Source of the DNA: an uncultured Nitrospiraceae bacterium
GTDB lineage: Bacteria > Nitrospirota > Thermodesulfovibrionia > Thermodesulfovibrionales > SM23-35
NCBI GenBank assembly: GCA_963727775.1
Contig: CAVSHB010000003.1
Span: 256,001 to 320,000, forward strand
Length of the DNA: 64,000 bases
Direction of reading: 5' to 3'
This document shows positions 29,962 to 39,368 of this stretch, in pieces. Each line of letters starts with the position of its first letter. The stretch's first letter is position 1. The translations under genes were made by a program, and so were the position numbers. Below the pieces are notes generated by a model that was not told where the DNA came from, ran no database searches, and saw only the letters and a list, made by a program, of their open reading frames with translations.

Positions 29962-31582
29962 CCCGAAAAGTGCAGATAGAAAAGACATACCTGTAGATAC
30001 AAGCCCATCAAGGCATTATCGGAATTAGCGTTAGCAAAGCTAATCTTTGCACTGTTTCTTGGCACATCTCCTTTTGAATTTTATTGTCATCTTCCAACTG
30101 CAGTGCAAATACCGATACCGGGCGGAAAGTATTGTCCTATGCGGTTAAAGAGGTATAACAGTTTTGATCGTACTTTCTGCGTAAAGACGGATATTCGCAA
30201 TACAGGCTTCCTGCCATCCCATCCCAAATGAGCGGGGAGTACAAAATACTTATACCGCAAGGTCTTCAAGCGTTCTATCTTTTCTTGCTGCCCCAGTATC
30301 TGATGTCGAAACAGGACAAACAGATTGTAGATGAATACCCGGATAAGCATCGCCGCCTCTGTTGAATAGAAATACTTCATCGAGAACCCACCAAGCGCAA
30401 AATCCTCTTTCAGTTCCTTGATAGTGTTTTCATCGTTTGCCCTCGGCCTGCACTGCTTCCATACCTCATATGCAGGATCATGCGAATTGGTTATCCATAC
30501 GCTATAACGATAGTTACCTGTATCAAACTCATCTCCAAAGAGAGACAGCTCCTTTCCCATCGCGTGCGGTCTCTTCTTTATATCCTGCCGAACTGCAATG
30601 AATCTCCTGTCGGTTATCCAATCCGCATGCTGAAAAAGAAACTCCGTGATCCATATTCCATCCTCTATCTGCTGCCAATTTTGTTGTGCATAAACCATTC
30701 TCTGCAAAGGATGGTACAGACGAGCGGCTATGATATAGATTAATTTTCTCCGCTCCAAAAGCTCGATAAATTCCCTGAGATAAAATCCGCTGTCCGCAAT
30801 AACACCCTTAATATCAATATGCTCGCTGATCCTCTGCCATGTGGACTCGAAAAATCCAATGATATTATTCCATGACATCACATTGCCCGGACGATTCCAC
30901 AGATGCACCACATATTTGCTCTTGTTCAGAAATGCCAGAAGCGGGCTGTGGCTACCACGGCCCTTCTTCTTCGGGTTATATCCCCTCTTTGCCCCCTCCT
31001 GTTTGCCGTATCTCTCAAGGACTGTAGAATCAAACGTCAACCAGTCCTCTTTGAGCTCCTCCCAGGGAATCAATTTCTTCAAGTATCCCCATAACCCCTC
31101 CGACATCTCTTCCACATCCTTCAGTTTCCTGATCTTCCTGAAAAGCCTGCCCAATGTCGTCGAGGCTAGAGGAAGCCTCTTCACTGCAAAAAGATCAGTG
31201 AAAATCTCCTGCCAGCCAAGATAAAGCAGATGAGAAAACCTGCTGCCTCCCGCATAGATCAGAAGTATGTACGCCAATACCTTGCTGTATATCCCCATTC
31301 CATTGGGCGAACTCTCATGGACCGGAATCACCTCTTGCAATATCCCTCTCAATTTGACCTTTTCAAAGAATGCCGCCAATAAACTGAAGCCCCCATATGC
31401 AGTCAGCTTCTTCTCCGTAAATCCAATCCTCACTTTATTTATTTCAATGTTTGTGCTACATTTTGACTGCATATTTCTATTCTCCTTTCGTTTAGAGTTG
31501 ATGGTCGGTCAAACCTATTGATTCTAATACGAAAGGAGAATTTCTTTGGGGATATTATTTTAGGTCAACTGCATTTTTTGGG
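29962..31582 (-). mobile_element. IS1380-family IS, copy 2 (diverged isoform)
   Basis: Ends CCCGAAAAGTGCA / TGCATTTTTTGGG; TTAA duplication. Confidence 0.92.
30087..31472 (-). CDS. IS1380-family transposase
   Basis: Close homolog of 20047..21429. Confidence 0.9.
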   Translation of the reverse strand: MQSKCSTNIEINKVRIGFTEKKLTAYGGFSLLAAFFEKVKLRGILQEVIPVHESSPNGMGIYSKVLAYILLIYAGGSRFSHLLYLGWQEIFTDLFAVKRLPLASTTLGRLFRKIRKLKDVEEMSEGLWGYLKKLIPWEELKEDWLTFDSTVLERYGKQEGAKRGYNPKKKGRGSHSPLLAFLNKSKYVVHLWNRPGNVMSWNNIIGFFESTWQRISEHIDIKGVIADSGFYLREFIELLERRKLIYIIAARLYHPLQRMVYAQQNWQQIEDGIWITEFLFQHADWITDRRFIAVRQDIKKRPHAMGKELSLFGDEFDTGNYRYSVWITNSHDPAYEVWKQCRPRANDENTIKELKEDFALGGFSMKYFYSTEAAMLIRVFIYNLFVLFRHQILGQQEKIERLKTLRYKYFVLPAHLGWDGRKPVLRISVFTQKVRSKLLYLFNRIGQYFPPGIGICTAVGR

Positions 31583-32053
31583 TTAACGGCACTTCATTGA
31601 AGGAGCTATACAAGAAAGCAAAAGACGGAGATGATGACTCCCTATTCAAGTTGATTCAAATTGATAAAACCTTTTTTGATCATAAATGGGTCAGAACGCG
31701 AACAAATAAAGCAGCTTATTCTGGAGATATCGAGTTCTTTGAATCTCTTGGCAACGCTATCAAAACCGATCCCTTGAGACATGATAGCAGACAAGATAGG
31801 ATTGACAAGTTATTTGTCGTAATAAAGTTTTTCTGGAACTATGGTTTGTATAGGCTTAGTGACTATGAGCTTCATGATCTGCTTATAAGCGACAGCATCT
31901 GTAGTGAGCTTGGGACTCATGAGAATGTAGAATCCTTCATAAGATTTCTTCAAAGGCATCGAGCTTACCTTCCTAAATAAGTACGCCTAACCGGACATAG
32001 TTTTCAAAAGTCTGTCCAGAGGAAACCCAACATTCATCATTTAGGCTAAAGCC

Positions 32054-32308
32054 ATGATGAATGAAAAAACCATAAAAGAGAAGTGTTCCCCGTGTTTCAG
32101 GAAAAAGGAGTGTTTACTTCTTCCCTCTCAACGAGGTGAATGTCTTGGGCCGTTTACCGATGTGAAAGATCAATTAAAGAAGTTTCAAGCGTACTGTGAA
32201 GAAAATCTTTCAAAGCCCAAGGCAGATTTAGAAAAGGCGATACGGGAAGTTGTCTTGAAGGATTACTTAAGAAAGAAAAAGCTCTTCGATGACTCTGAGG
32301 ATCGGTAA
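32054..32308 (+). CDS. Small Cys-containing hypothetical protein of the element
   Basis: 84 aa, CxxC-x5-C-x9-C. Confidence 0.55.
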   Translation: MMNEKTIKEKCSPCFRKKECLLLPSQRGECLGPFTDVKDQLKKFQAYCEENLSKPKADLEKAIREVVLKDYLRKKKLFDDSEDR

Positions 32309-32343
32309 AGATGACGATTCGAAAAGCTTATAACTTCAATGGA

Positions 32344-32467
32344 ATGAAAGGCGGGGCAAGGCCATCCAAGAAGCTATTGCTTTGGATGGCCGCCCCGCTT
32401 TTCATCGGTGAGCTTTCAAGCTGCTTGCAGGGGTATTTGCTGGTTATGAGTAATCACCAGCAAATAC
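32344..32467. other. Two long hairpins; candidate rolling-circle or transfer origin
   Basis: ATGAAAGGCGGGGC..GGCCATCCAA/TTGGATGGCCGCCCCGCTTTTCAT and GTATTTGCTGGT/ACCAGCAAATAC directly upstream of rep. Confidence 0.55.
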
Positions 32468-32476
32468 GTTACTAAC

Positions 32477-33274
32477 ATGATTGATTACTTAAGTCTAACT
32501 CTTCATTTACCACCTGATAAGGATTACATGGAATGTCACGGGAAGATTACTGAGGATTCGTTCAGGTTACAGTTGTATAAATATATGTGCGAACTGGACA
32601 GGGCAAGGATACTTTTTTGCCCGCATAAATTTGGAGACTCTACAAACGCAAAAATGCCCTTTACAAATATTGTCCTCAATCCAAAGAATTTTGACTGTTA
32701 TGATGAAACGGAAAATTATATTTTTTCAATAATTAATAGTCCTGCTTTGAGTTTAGAGGATATAAATCCATCCAGAGTTGATGTTGCCGCCGATATTCCA
32801 AATATTAATGTTAAGGCCATAATTGCAATGCTTCACGTCAAGGGTATCCGTAATTTTAGGATTATTGGTGACACGATTTATGCAGGACGTAATCCGAAAG
32901 TAAGGGTTTATGACAAACTTGCTGAAATAAGATACCGGCTTAAAAAGAACCTGAAGGTTATAGAAGGAGAAAAGAGACTCCTTGAATCTTATAAGGACTT
33001 GACAAGATTCGAGGTTGCCGTAAGCAGACCGAAAATAAATCTGAAACAATTAAAAGAAAATCCCATAAGGTTAGCGTCCTATTTTGACAGACTCAACTTT
33101 ATTGAAATGGGTTGCAGTAATCCCTGCGGAGTTATGCAGATCATGTATAAGCAAGTGAATAGAAAGTTTAGAAAACAATTGGAAGCACTGCAGAATATGA
33201 AGCTGTTGGAAAAGATAAAAGAGATTTATATATCTGATGTCATTCAATGGTTCACTGAGAAAGAACCTTTTTAG
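32477..33274 (+). CDS. Rep_trans-like (replication initiation factor/MOBT-type) rolling-circle initiator
   Basis: IDYLSLT, SRVDVAAD, TIYAG, RVYDKLAE, TRFEV. Confidence 0.72.
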   Translation: MIDYLSLTLHLPPDKDYMECHGKITEDSFRLQLYKYMCELDRARILFCPHKFGDSTNAKMPFTNIVLNPKNFDCYDETENYIFSIINSPALSLEDINPSRVDVAADIPNINVKAIIAMLHVKGIRNFRIIGDTIYAGRNPKVRVYDKLAEIRYRLKKNLKVIEGEKRLLESYKDLTRFEVAVSRPKINLKQLKENPIRLASYFDRLNFIEMGCSNPCGVMQIMYKQVNRKFRKQLEALQNMKLLEKIKEIYISDVIQWFTEKEPF

Positions 33275-33385
33275 GGTATAGGTAGATATGGATACATATG
33301 AGAAAATCGATTATAGCGCATTTCACGAAGCCGGTTTTTACGTTTTTTTGGTAAAAGCCGGAATATTCTTCTCAAGAGGTATTCT

Positions 33386-33610
33386 GTGAAGCTGATAGGT
33401 ATCAAGGAAGCATCAGAAATTCTCAGCGTAAAGCCTTCTACGCTTTATCAATGGGCAGAGTTAGGCCAAGTACCGTGTTACAAATTGAATGGCTGCCTTA
33501 GATTCGATGTAGAGAATATTATGACTTGGATTAAGTCCTGTAAAAAAGAAGTTGTCGCAAGTTATAATCCTTTTATCCAGACCAGAAGTCCCAGGAAAGG
33601 GGGCAAGTAA
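33386..33610 (+). CDS. Excisionase-like HTH protein
   Basis: IKEASEILSVKPSTLYQWAELGQVPCYKLNGCLRFD. Confidence 0.85.
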   Translation: MKLIGIKEASEILSVKPSTLYQWAELGQVPCYKLNGCLRFDVENIMTWIKSCKKEVVASYNPFIQTRSPRKGGK

Positions 33611-33612
33611 AT

Positions 33613-34665
33613 ATGGGACTCTACCGTAGAGGTAAAGTTTTCTGGTTTACCATAAAGCACGCTGGAAAGAGGATTCAGGAATCAACAGGAACTGAAAACA
33701 AGAAGTTGGCGGAAAAGATTTATGCGAAGGCTTTTAATGAGATCATCGAAGGTATATGGTTTGAGAAGCAAAAGGCGCATTCGATAACGTTCAGGGAAAT
33801 GACCGAAAAATATTTAAGCAAATATTTCAGAATTAGAGATGAACAAACGGTAAGAAAGTTGTTACCGGTATTCGGACATTTGCCGCTTGCTGAGATCACA
33901 ACTGAAATGGCGTCTGATTATAGGGATGAAAGATTGAAAAAGGTCAAACCAGCTACAGTTTATCAAGAGTTGAGTTTAATGAGACGCATGTTCAACGTTG
34001 CCCGTAAGGAATGGAAATGGCTCAGAGATAATCCTGTGGCTGATCTCTCTTTCTCTGTAGGCAATTCAAATGCAAGGTATAGATGGCTAACTCTTGAAGA
34101 AGAAAAACTACTATTGGAATGCGCAAGCCCTGAATGGCTTAAGAACCTTATTACCTTTGCGCTTCATACCGGCATGAGAAGAGGTGAGATACTTAATCTT
34201 TTGTGGAAGGATGTCGATTATACGGGGAGATTGATGAGGATTGAAAAATCCAAGAACAGCGAAAAAAGAAGTATCCCTATGTCAAAGACCGTTAATGAAC
34301 TGCTCAGAAGCCTGAAGATAAGAGACATAACAGGTCGGGTCTTTCCAGTTACTGTATCAGCTCTTAAAGACGGTTTTGAAAGGGCTGTGAAAAAAGCCTG
34401 TATAGATGATTTTCACTTTCATGATCTCAGACATACATCTGCGACAAGGTTAGTCCAGAATGGGATAGATATCTATGTGGTCAAAGAGCTTTTAGGACAT
34501 AAGACAATAACAATGACCATGAGATATGCGCATCATTACCCTGAGTCATTAAGGCACGGAGTAGAGGTCTTAGACCGGCTGTGCTACAATTGTGCTACAG
34601 TCGAGGCTTCGGACATTTGCCTTAATGTCGAAAAATCGTTTAAAATCAATTGTGGGAGTGCATAG
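33613..34665 (+). CDS. Tyrosine recombinase/integrase
   Basis: TGMRRGE, FHDLRHT, LLGHK, TMRYAH. Confidence 0.95.
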   Translation: MGLYRRGKVFWFTIKHAGKRIQESTGTENKKLAEKIYAKAFNEIIEGIWFEKQKAHSITFREMTEKYLSKYFRIRDEQTVRKLLPVFGHLPLAEITTEMASDYRDERLKKVKPATVYQELSLMRRMFNVARKEWKWLRDNPVADLSFSVGNSNARYRWLTLEEEKLLLECASPEWLKNLITFALHTGMRRGEILNLLWKDVDYTGRLMRIEKSKNSEKRSIPMSKTVNELLRSLKIRDITGRVFPVTVSALKDGFERAVKKACIDDFHFHDLRHTSATRLVQNGIDIYVVKELLGHKTITMTMRYAHHYPESLRHGVEVLDRLCYNCATVEASDICLNVEKSFKINCGSA

Positions 34666-34694
34666 GGTTCTGGTGTCCCTCCCGGACTTCAAAT
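34612..34694 (+). repeat. Right att site (83-bp direct repeat)
   Basis: Identical to 27645..27727; ends in the anticodon loop. Confidence 0.92.
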
Positions 34695-34751
34695 CCGGTG
34701 TTGCCTGTTACAAACGGGCAGGGTGGGTTCGATTCCCACACGCTCCCGCCA
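34654..34751 (+). tRNA. selC: tRNA-Sec (UCA)
   Basis: Anticodon arm CCGGAC-TTCAAAT-CCGG with TCA, long variable arm, GGTTCGATTCC, GCCA end, 98 nt. Confidence 0.92.
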
Positions 34752-34874
34752 AACTTTCCGTTAATATCAGTATATTAGCTTGATAAATCCTTCCCAAAAC
34801 TCTCAATGCTTGCTTTTCGATATATCCTTTCATATAATAAAATGTAAGGAGATTTAGTTTAGTAAGGAGATAAT

Positions 34875-35132
34875 ATGACCGCGCTTGCAAAGGTTACATC
34901 CAAGGGACAGATCACACTACCTAAAGAGGTTAGGGAGTTGCTCCATATCCAGACCGGCAGCATCGTGGTCTTTGAGAAGGAAGATGAAAAGCTCATTGTG
35001 AAGACTGCGAAGACGCTCCAGGATTTCAAGGGCATTCTGAAAGGCAGGCAGAAGAAGACCGAGTTTGAGGGGATGAGAAAAAAGGCAAAGGAATACGTCG
35101 GGAGAAAGGGAGCCGGTAGTGGACAAGACTAA
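34875..35132 (+). CDS. AbrB/MazE/SpoVT-family antitoxin
   Basis: AKVTSKGQITLPKEVRELLHI. Confidence 0.9.
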   Translation: MTALAKVTSKGQITLPKEVRELLHIQTGSIVVFEKEDEKLIVKTAKTLQDFKGILKGRQKKTEFEGMRKKAKEYVGRKGAGSGQD

Positions 35133-35538
35133 GCGGATCGTCATCGATACGAACCTGCTCATCAGATACCTTATCAACGATGATAGTCGCAAAGCGCAGA
35201 TTGTCGACACACTTCTGAAAAAGGCCGGTAAAGGCGATATCCAAATCCTCATGCCGTCCATTGTAATTTCAGAACTCGTCTGGGTGCTTGAGAGTTTTTA
35301 TAGCATGGAAACCGCCGAGATCGCCGAAGTTGTAGACTCCATCTTAAATACGCCGGGTCTTACGGTCTCGGATGATTCGATAGTCCGTTCCGCCCTGAAG
35401 CGATACAGGAATAGGGGGGTTGATCTTGTTGATGCTTGGATCGCAGCCTTTGCTCAGGAAAAGGGAGCAAGCGAGATCCATACCTTTGACAAAAGGCATT
35501 TCAAAGGCATCGACGACGTCGCCGTGGTCCAGTTGTGA
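35119..35538 (+). CDS. vapC: PIN-domain VapC toxin
   Basis: VIDTNLLIRYL, ELVWVL, DLVDAWI, TFDKRHF. Confidence 0.9.
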   Translation: MDKTKRIVIDTNLLIRYLINDDSRKAQIVDTLLKKAGKGDIQILMPSIVISELVWVLESFYSMETAEIAEVVDSILNTPGLTVSDDSIVRSALKRYRNRGVDLVDAWIAAFAQEKGASEIHTFDKRHFKGIDDVAVVQL

Positions 35539-35929
35539 GACAAGAGGACAGTCCGATTCCAGTGGAGATGACGAGAGAAAAGCCACCTTCGTAATGAACC
35601 CGTCACTCGTCACTGTCTTGATGCCGGATTGTCGGGAAGGCTGGGAGACGGAGAATTGAGAAGATGTGCGACAGCAGGAAAGTCAAGAAACAAGACCTTC
35701 CTTGATCCAGCGACATTTTCATCTTGGCACAAAAGCAGATGAAAAGCATTGAGATATTCTTGAATTTCCCAATTATGGATATGAATATGAATGTGCTTAA
35801 GAAAGACACTGGAAAAGTCGATCCTCAGCAGGCCTTACGTATGACCGCTTTTTGGGGTGATGACTCTTGGCGACAGGCTGCTTATAGCACAACGGATAAT
35901 TTATTCGGAATTGAGGAAAAGGCCAATAA

Positions 35930-37549
35930 CCCGAAAAATGCGTTTGCTATAGGCATACCTATAGAGTCAAGCCTATCAAGGCATTGGCTGATTTGTCGAT
36001 ATAAAAGCTAATACTGATGCTGTTTCTTGTTCCACCTCCTGAAAATTATGTTCTTTTTATCTAAATGCAGTGCAATTACCAAAACTGGGTGGAAAGTATT
36101 GTCCCACGCGGTTAAAGAGGTAGCGCAGTTTTGATCGTACTTTCTGCGTAAAGACAGAAATCCGCAATACAGGTTTCCTTCCATCCCATCCTAATTGGGC
36201 TGGAAGGACAAGATACTTGTACCGTAAGGTTTTCAAACGTTCTGTCTTTTCTTTTTGACCGAGTATCTGATGCCTGAACAGGACAAACAGATTGTAGATG
36301 AATACCCGAATAAGCATAGCCGCCTCCGTTGAGTAGAAATACTTCATCGAGAACCCGCCGAGTGCAAAATCCTCTTTCAGTTCCTTGATGGTATTCTCAT
36401 CGTTCGCCCTATGCCTGCATTGCTTCCATACCTCATATGTAGAATCATGTGAATTGGTTATCCATACGCTATAACGATAATGCCCTGTATCAAACTCATC
36501 TCCGAAAAGAGACAACTCTTTTCCCATCGCGTGCGGTCTCTTCTTGACATCCTGGCGCACTGCAATAAACCTCCTGTCGATTATCCACTCTACATGCTGG
36601 AAGAAGAACTCAGTGATCCATATCCCTTCTTCTACCTGTGCCCAGTTTTGTTGTGCGTAGATTATCCTCTGCAGCGGACGATATAGGCGAGCAGCTATGA
36701 TATATACTAATTCTCTCTTCTCAAGCAGTTCGATGAACTCCCTAAGATAAAATCCACTGTCTGCAATAATGCCCTTGATATCGATATGACCGTTGATCCT
36801 CTGCCATGTGGATTCAAAAAATCCAATAATGTTGTTCCATGACATCACGTTGCCGGGGCGGTTCCAAAGATTTATCACATACTTGTTTCTGTTAAGAAAT
36901 GCCAGAAGCGGGCTGTGGCTACCACGGCCCTTCTTCTTCGGGTTATATCCCCTCTTGACTCCCTCCTGTTTTCCGTATCGCTCAAGGACTGTAGAATCGA
37001 ACGTCAACCAGTCCTCTTTGAGCTCTTTCCAGGGGATCAATCTCTTCAAGTATCCCCATAATCCCTCCGACATCTCTTCCACTTCCTTCAGTTTTCTGAT
37101 CTTCCTGAAAAGCCTGCCCAATGTCGTCGAGGCGATAGGAAGCCTCTTCACTGCAAAAAGATCGGTGAAAATCTCCTGCCAACCAAGATAAAGTAGATGA
37201 GAAAACCTGCTGCCTCCCGCATAGATCAGAAGGATGTATGCCAATACCTTGCTGTATATCCCCATTCCATTGGGTGAACTCTCATGGATCGGAATCACCT
37301 CTTGCAAAATTCCTCTCAATTTGATCTTTTCAAAAAATGCAGCCAATAAACTGAATCCCCCATATGCCGTCATCTTCTTCTCCGTAAATCCAATCCTTAC
37401 TTTATTTATTTCGATCTTTGTGCTACATTTTGACTGCATATTTCTATTCTCCTTTCGTTTAGAGTTGATGGTCGGGTAAACCTATTGATTCTAATACGAA
37501 AGGAGAATTTCTTCGGGGATATTATTTTAGGTCAACTGCACTTTTTGGG
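35930..37549 (-). mobile_element. IS1380-family IS, copy 3 (near identical to copy 1)
   Basis: Same ends, 1620 bp; ATAA duplication. Confidence 0.92.
36057..37439 (-). CDS. IS1380-family transposase
   Basis: Protein identical to 20047..21429. Confidence 0.9.
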   Translation of the reverse strand: MQSKCSTKIEINKVRIGFTEKKMTAYGGFSLLAAFFEKIKLRGILQEVIPIHESSPNGMGIYSKVLAYILLIYAGGSRFSHLLYLGWQEIFTDLFAVKRLPIASTTLGRLFRKIRKLKEVEEMSEGLWGYLKRLIPWKELKEDWLTFDSTVLERYGKQEGVKRGYNPKKKGRGSHSPLLAFLNRNKYVINLWNRPGNVMSWNNIIGFFESTWQRINGHIDIKGIIADSGFYLREFIELLEKRELVYIIAARLYRPLQRIIYAQQNWAQVEEGIWITEFFFQHVEWIIDRRFIAVRQDVKKRPHAMGKELSLFGDEFDTGHYRYSVWITNSHDSTYEVWKQCRHRANDENTIKELKEDFALGGFSMKYFYSTEAAMLIRVFIYNLFVLFRHQILGQKEKTERLKTLRYKYLVLPAQLGWDGRKPVLRISVFTQKVRSKLRYLFNRVGQYFPPSFGNCTAFR

Positions 37550-37745
37550 ATAATGAGGCTGTAGCAGAGGCCTTTAGACAACGTCCGAAAAAGGTCGCAG
37601 GGTTTGACTATGTGCCTAAGCCGATACCGATGAGAAATAACAAGGGTGCAACGGTTTACTACCTCTTCTTCGCTTCACAAAAGCCTGTCGCTGCAGGTAT
37701 TGTACGTGCTATATTCGATAAATACAGAAATAAGGGAAATATGTG

Positions 37746-38486
37746 ATGGGATAGAAATCAACAATAGAGTGGACGGGATCGACCTGGAATCCTGTGACCG
37801 GATGCGTAAAGATCAGTCATGGTTGTTTGAACTGCTATGCAGAGTGGATGGCAAAGCGTCTTCAGGCCATGGGGCAACCCAACTATGCCGCTGGATTCAA
37901 GCTTGCGTTACATGAGCATGTGCTCGATCTTCCGTTAAGATGGAAGAAGCCTCAAAACATTTTCGTCAATTCCATGAGCGATCTTTTTCTGAAGGGTATC
38001 CCCGAAAAATTCCTCATGAGAATATTCAATGTCATGCATCAGGCCCACTGGCATACGTTCCAGGTTCTTACCAAAAGGTCTGGCAGACTCTTAGAGCTTA
38101 GCTCTCAACTGCCATGGGCTGCTAATATCTGGATGGGTGTTACGGTCGAAAACAGAGATTATACTTACCGTATAGATCATCTGCGCGAAAGCGGTGCATA
38201 CCTAAAGTTTCTTTCCATAGAGCCTCTTCTCGGTCCTTTACCGAAGATGAATATGGAAGGCATAGACTGGTTAATCGTCGGCGGAGAATCAGGCCCTGGT
38301 GCTCGACCCATGGATCCGGAATGGGTTTTCGATATCCGCGCTCAGTGTAATAAAGCCGTTGTTCCGTTCTTCTTCAAACAGTGGGGAGGCACAAGGAAAA
38401 AGAAGGCTGGGAGGTTACTTGAAGGAAGGACGTGGGATGAAATGCCGGTAATATCAAGGCTGGATATGCGGGCAATAATTGGTTAG
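37746..38486 (+). pseudogene. DUF5131 (phage Gp37/Gp68) three-Cys protein with TAG at codon 3
   Basis: [60 protein letters not shown]. Confidence 0.8.
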
Positions 38487-38669
38487 AGGGAAAAATTGAT
38501 TGACTAAGAAAAGGAAATACAGAGAACAGGCTGAGGGCAGGCTTTCGTTTGTACATTTAGGCTCTCTTTCATCCGCCGTCCGGGAACCCATTTCCGACAA
38601 TTCAACGTCTCCCCTTCCTATGGGTTCAAGTGGACCGATTAAATCGTCACCGTTTTGTTACAAATTAGT

Positions 38670-39260
38670 TCAGGGCGGCGTACCGGGTTGTTTTACGGCT
38701 GAGGGAAGCTCTCCAGAAATGATATCCCTCGGGTCGAGAAAAATTATATTTTCGAATTCATCGAGAGTCTGCCACGTTAGGCTTTCGATGCAAATCGTCT
38801 TCGGAATGAAGGCTAATGATAAATGGAGATGAGCTGGGACCTTCATGTTTTTCGTACCGGCAAGATTTGCAACCACTTTATCCTCGCTCAAGAATCTATC
38901 GATTAGGACATCTGTTGCCGGTTCTACATGACCGTAGATGGTAAATAACTGTAAGTCGTTGTCGAACATTTCATGCGCCGCAAAGATGGTGTACCCGAGA
39001 AAATCTTCTATGAGCCTGACTATCCTGCCTTCATAAATGATAGGGATTTTTGTGCCTTCACTAATCGTTTCAAATATGCCATCGTGATTTTCATATAACC
39101 TTAAATCTAATCCGTTGTGCCGATGACCACGGTGTCCTTTGTCTCCCCACCATTTTGATTCGGACAAAAATAACATGCCGGGCTCAAATACCCATCTTTT
39201 AACCCGGAGAGTATTCTCACGGACCAGATATTCCGTGAATCGTGATTTGTTAAGGGTCAT
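38670..39260 (-). CDS. M23 peptidase-like protein
   Basis: HNGLD, YGH, HLHLS motifs. Confidence 0.65.
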   Translation of the reverse strand: MTLNKSRFTEYLVRENTLRVKRWVFEPGMLFLSESKWWGDKGHRGHRHNGLDLRLYENHDGIFETISEGTKIPIIYEGRIVRLIEDFLGYTIFAAHEMFDNDLQLFTIYGHVEPATDVLIDRFLSEDKVVANLAGTKNMKVPAHLHLSLAFIPKTICIESLTWQTLDEFENIIFLDPRDIISGELPSAVKQPGTPP

Positions 39261-39368
39261 GGCATTACTATTTCACTTCTGAGGTCAGCGCTTGAACCAT
39301 GAAATAAGGACGCTGTGATAAAGCAGTAATCTTTCAAGACCTTCTTTTTAAGCATTTATCATAATATC

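Larger units (their letters stand above)
29348..31980 (+). pseudogene. Hypothetical 335-aa gene split by IS1380 copy 2
   Basis: Removing the IS and one TTAA rejoins ..ISIMVN|GTSLKELYKK.. in frame (1008 nt). Confidence 0.8.
27728..34694 (+). mobile_element. Small integrative element in tRNA-Sec (int, xis, Rep_trans-like initiator, cargo)
   Basis: 83-bp flanking direct repeats, integrase abutting the tRNA, paired arm-type repeats. Confidence 0.88.
35724..37746 (+). pseudogene. tcmP: Three-Cys-motif partner protein TcmP, 5'-truncated and split by IS1380 copy 3
   Basis: IEIFLNFPIMDMNMNVL..FWGDDSW..EKAN|NEAVAEAFRQR..PMRNNKGATVYYLFFASQKP. Confidence 0.75.

Noticed and set aside
19920..37549. Composite transposon bounded by IS1380 copies 1 and 3
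   Set aside because: Each copy has its own target duplication (TTAA versus ATAA), showing independent insertions
37752..37754. In-frame TAG codons (also in the tauE and porin remnants) as pyrrolysine or stop-codon reassignment
   Set aside because: The tauE and porin remnants also carry TAA stops or frameshifts, and many intact genes end in TAG; ordinary decay is simpler
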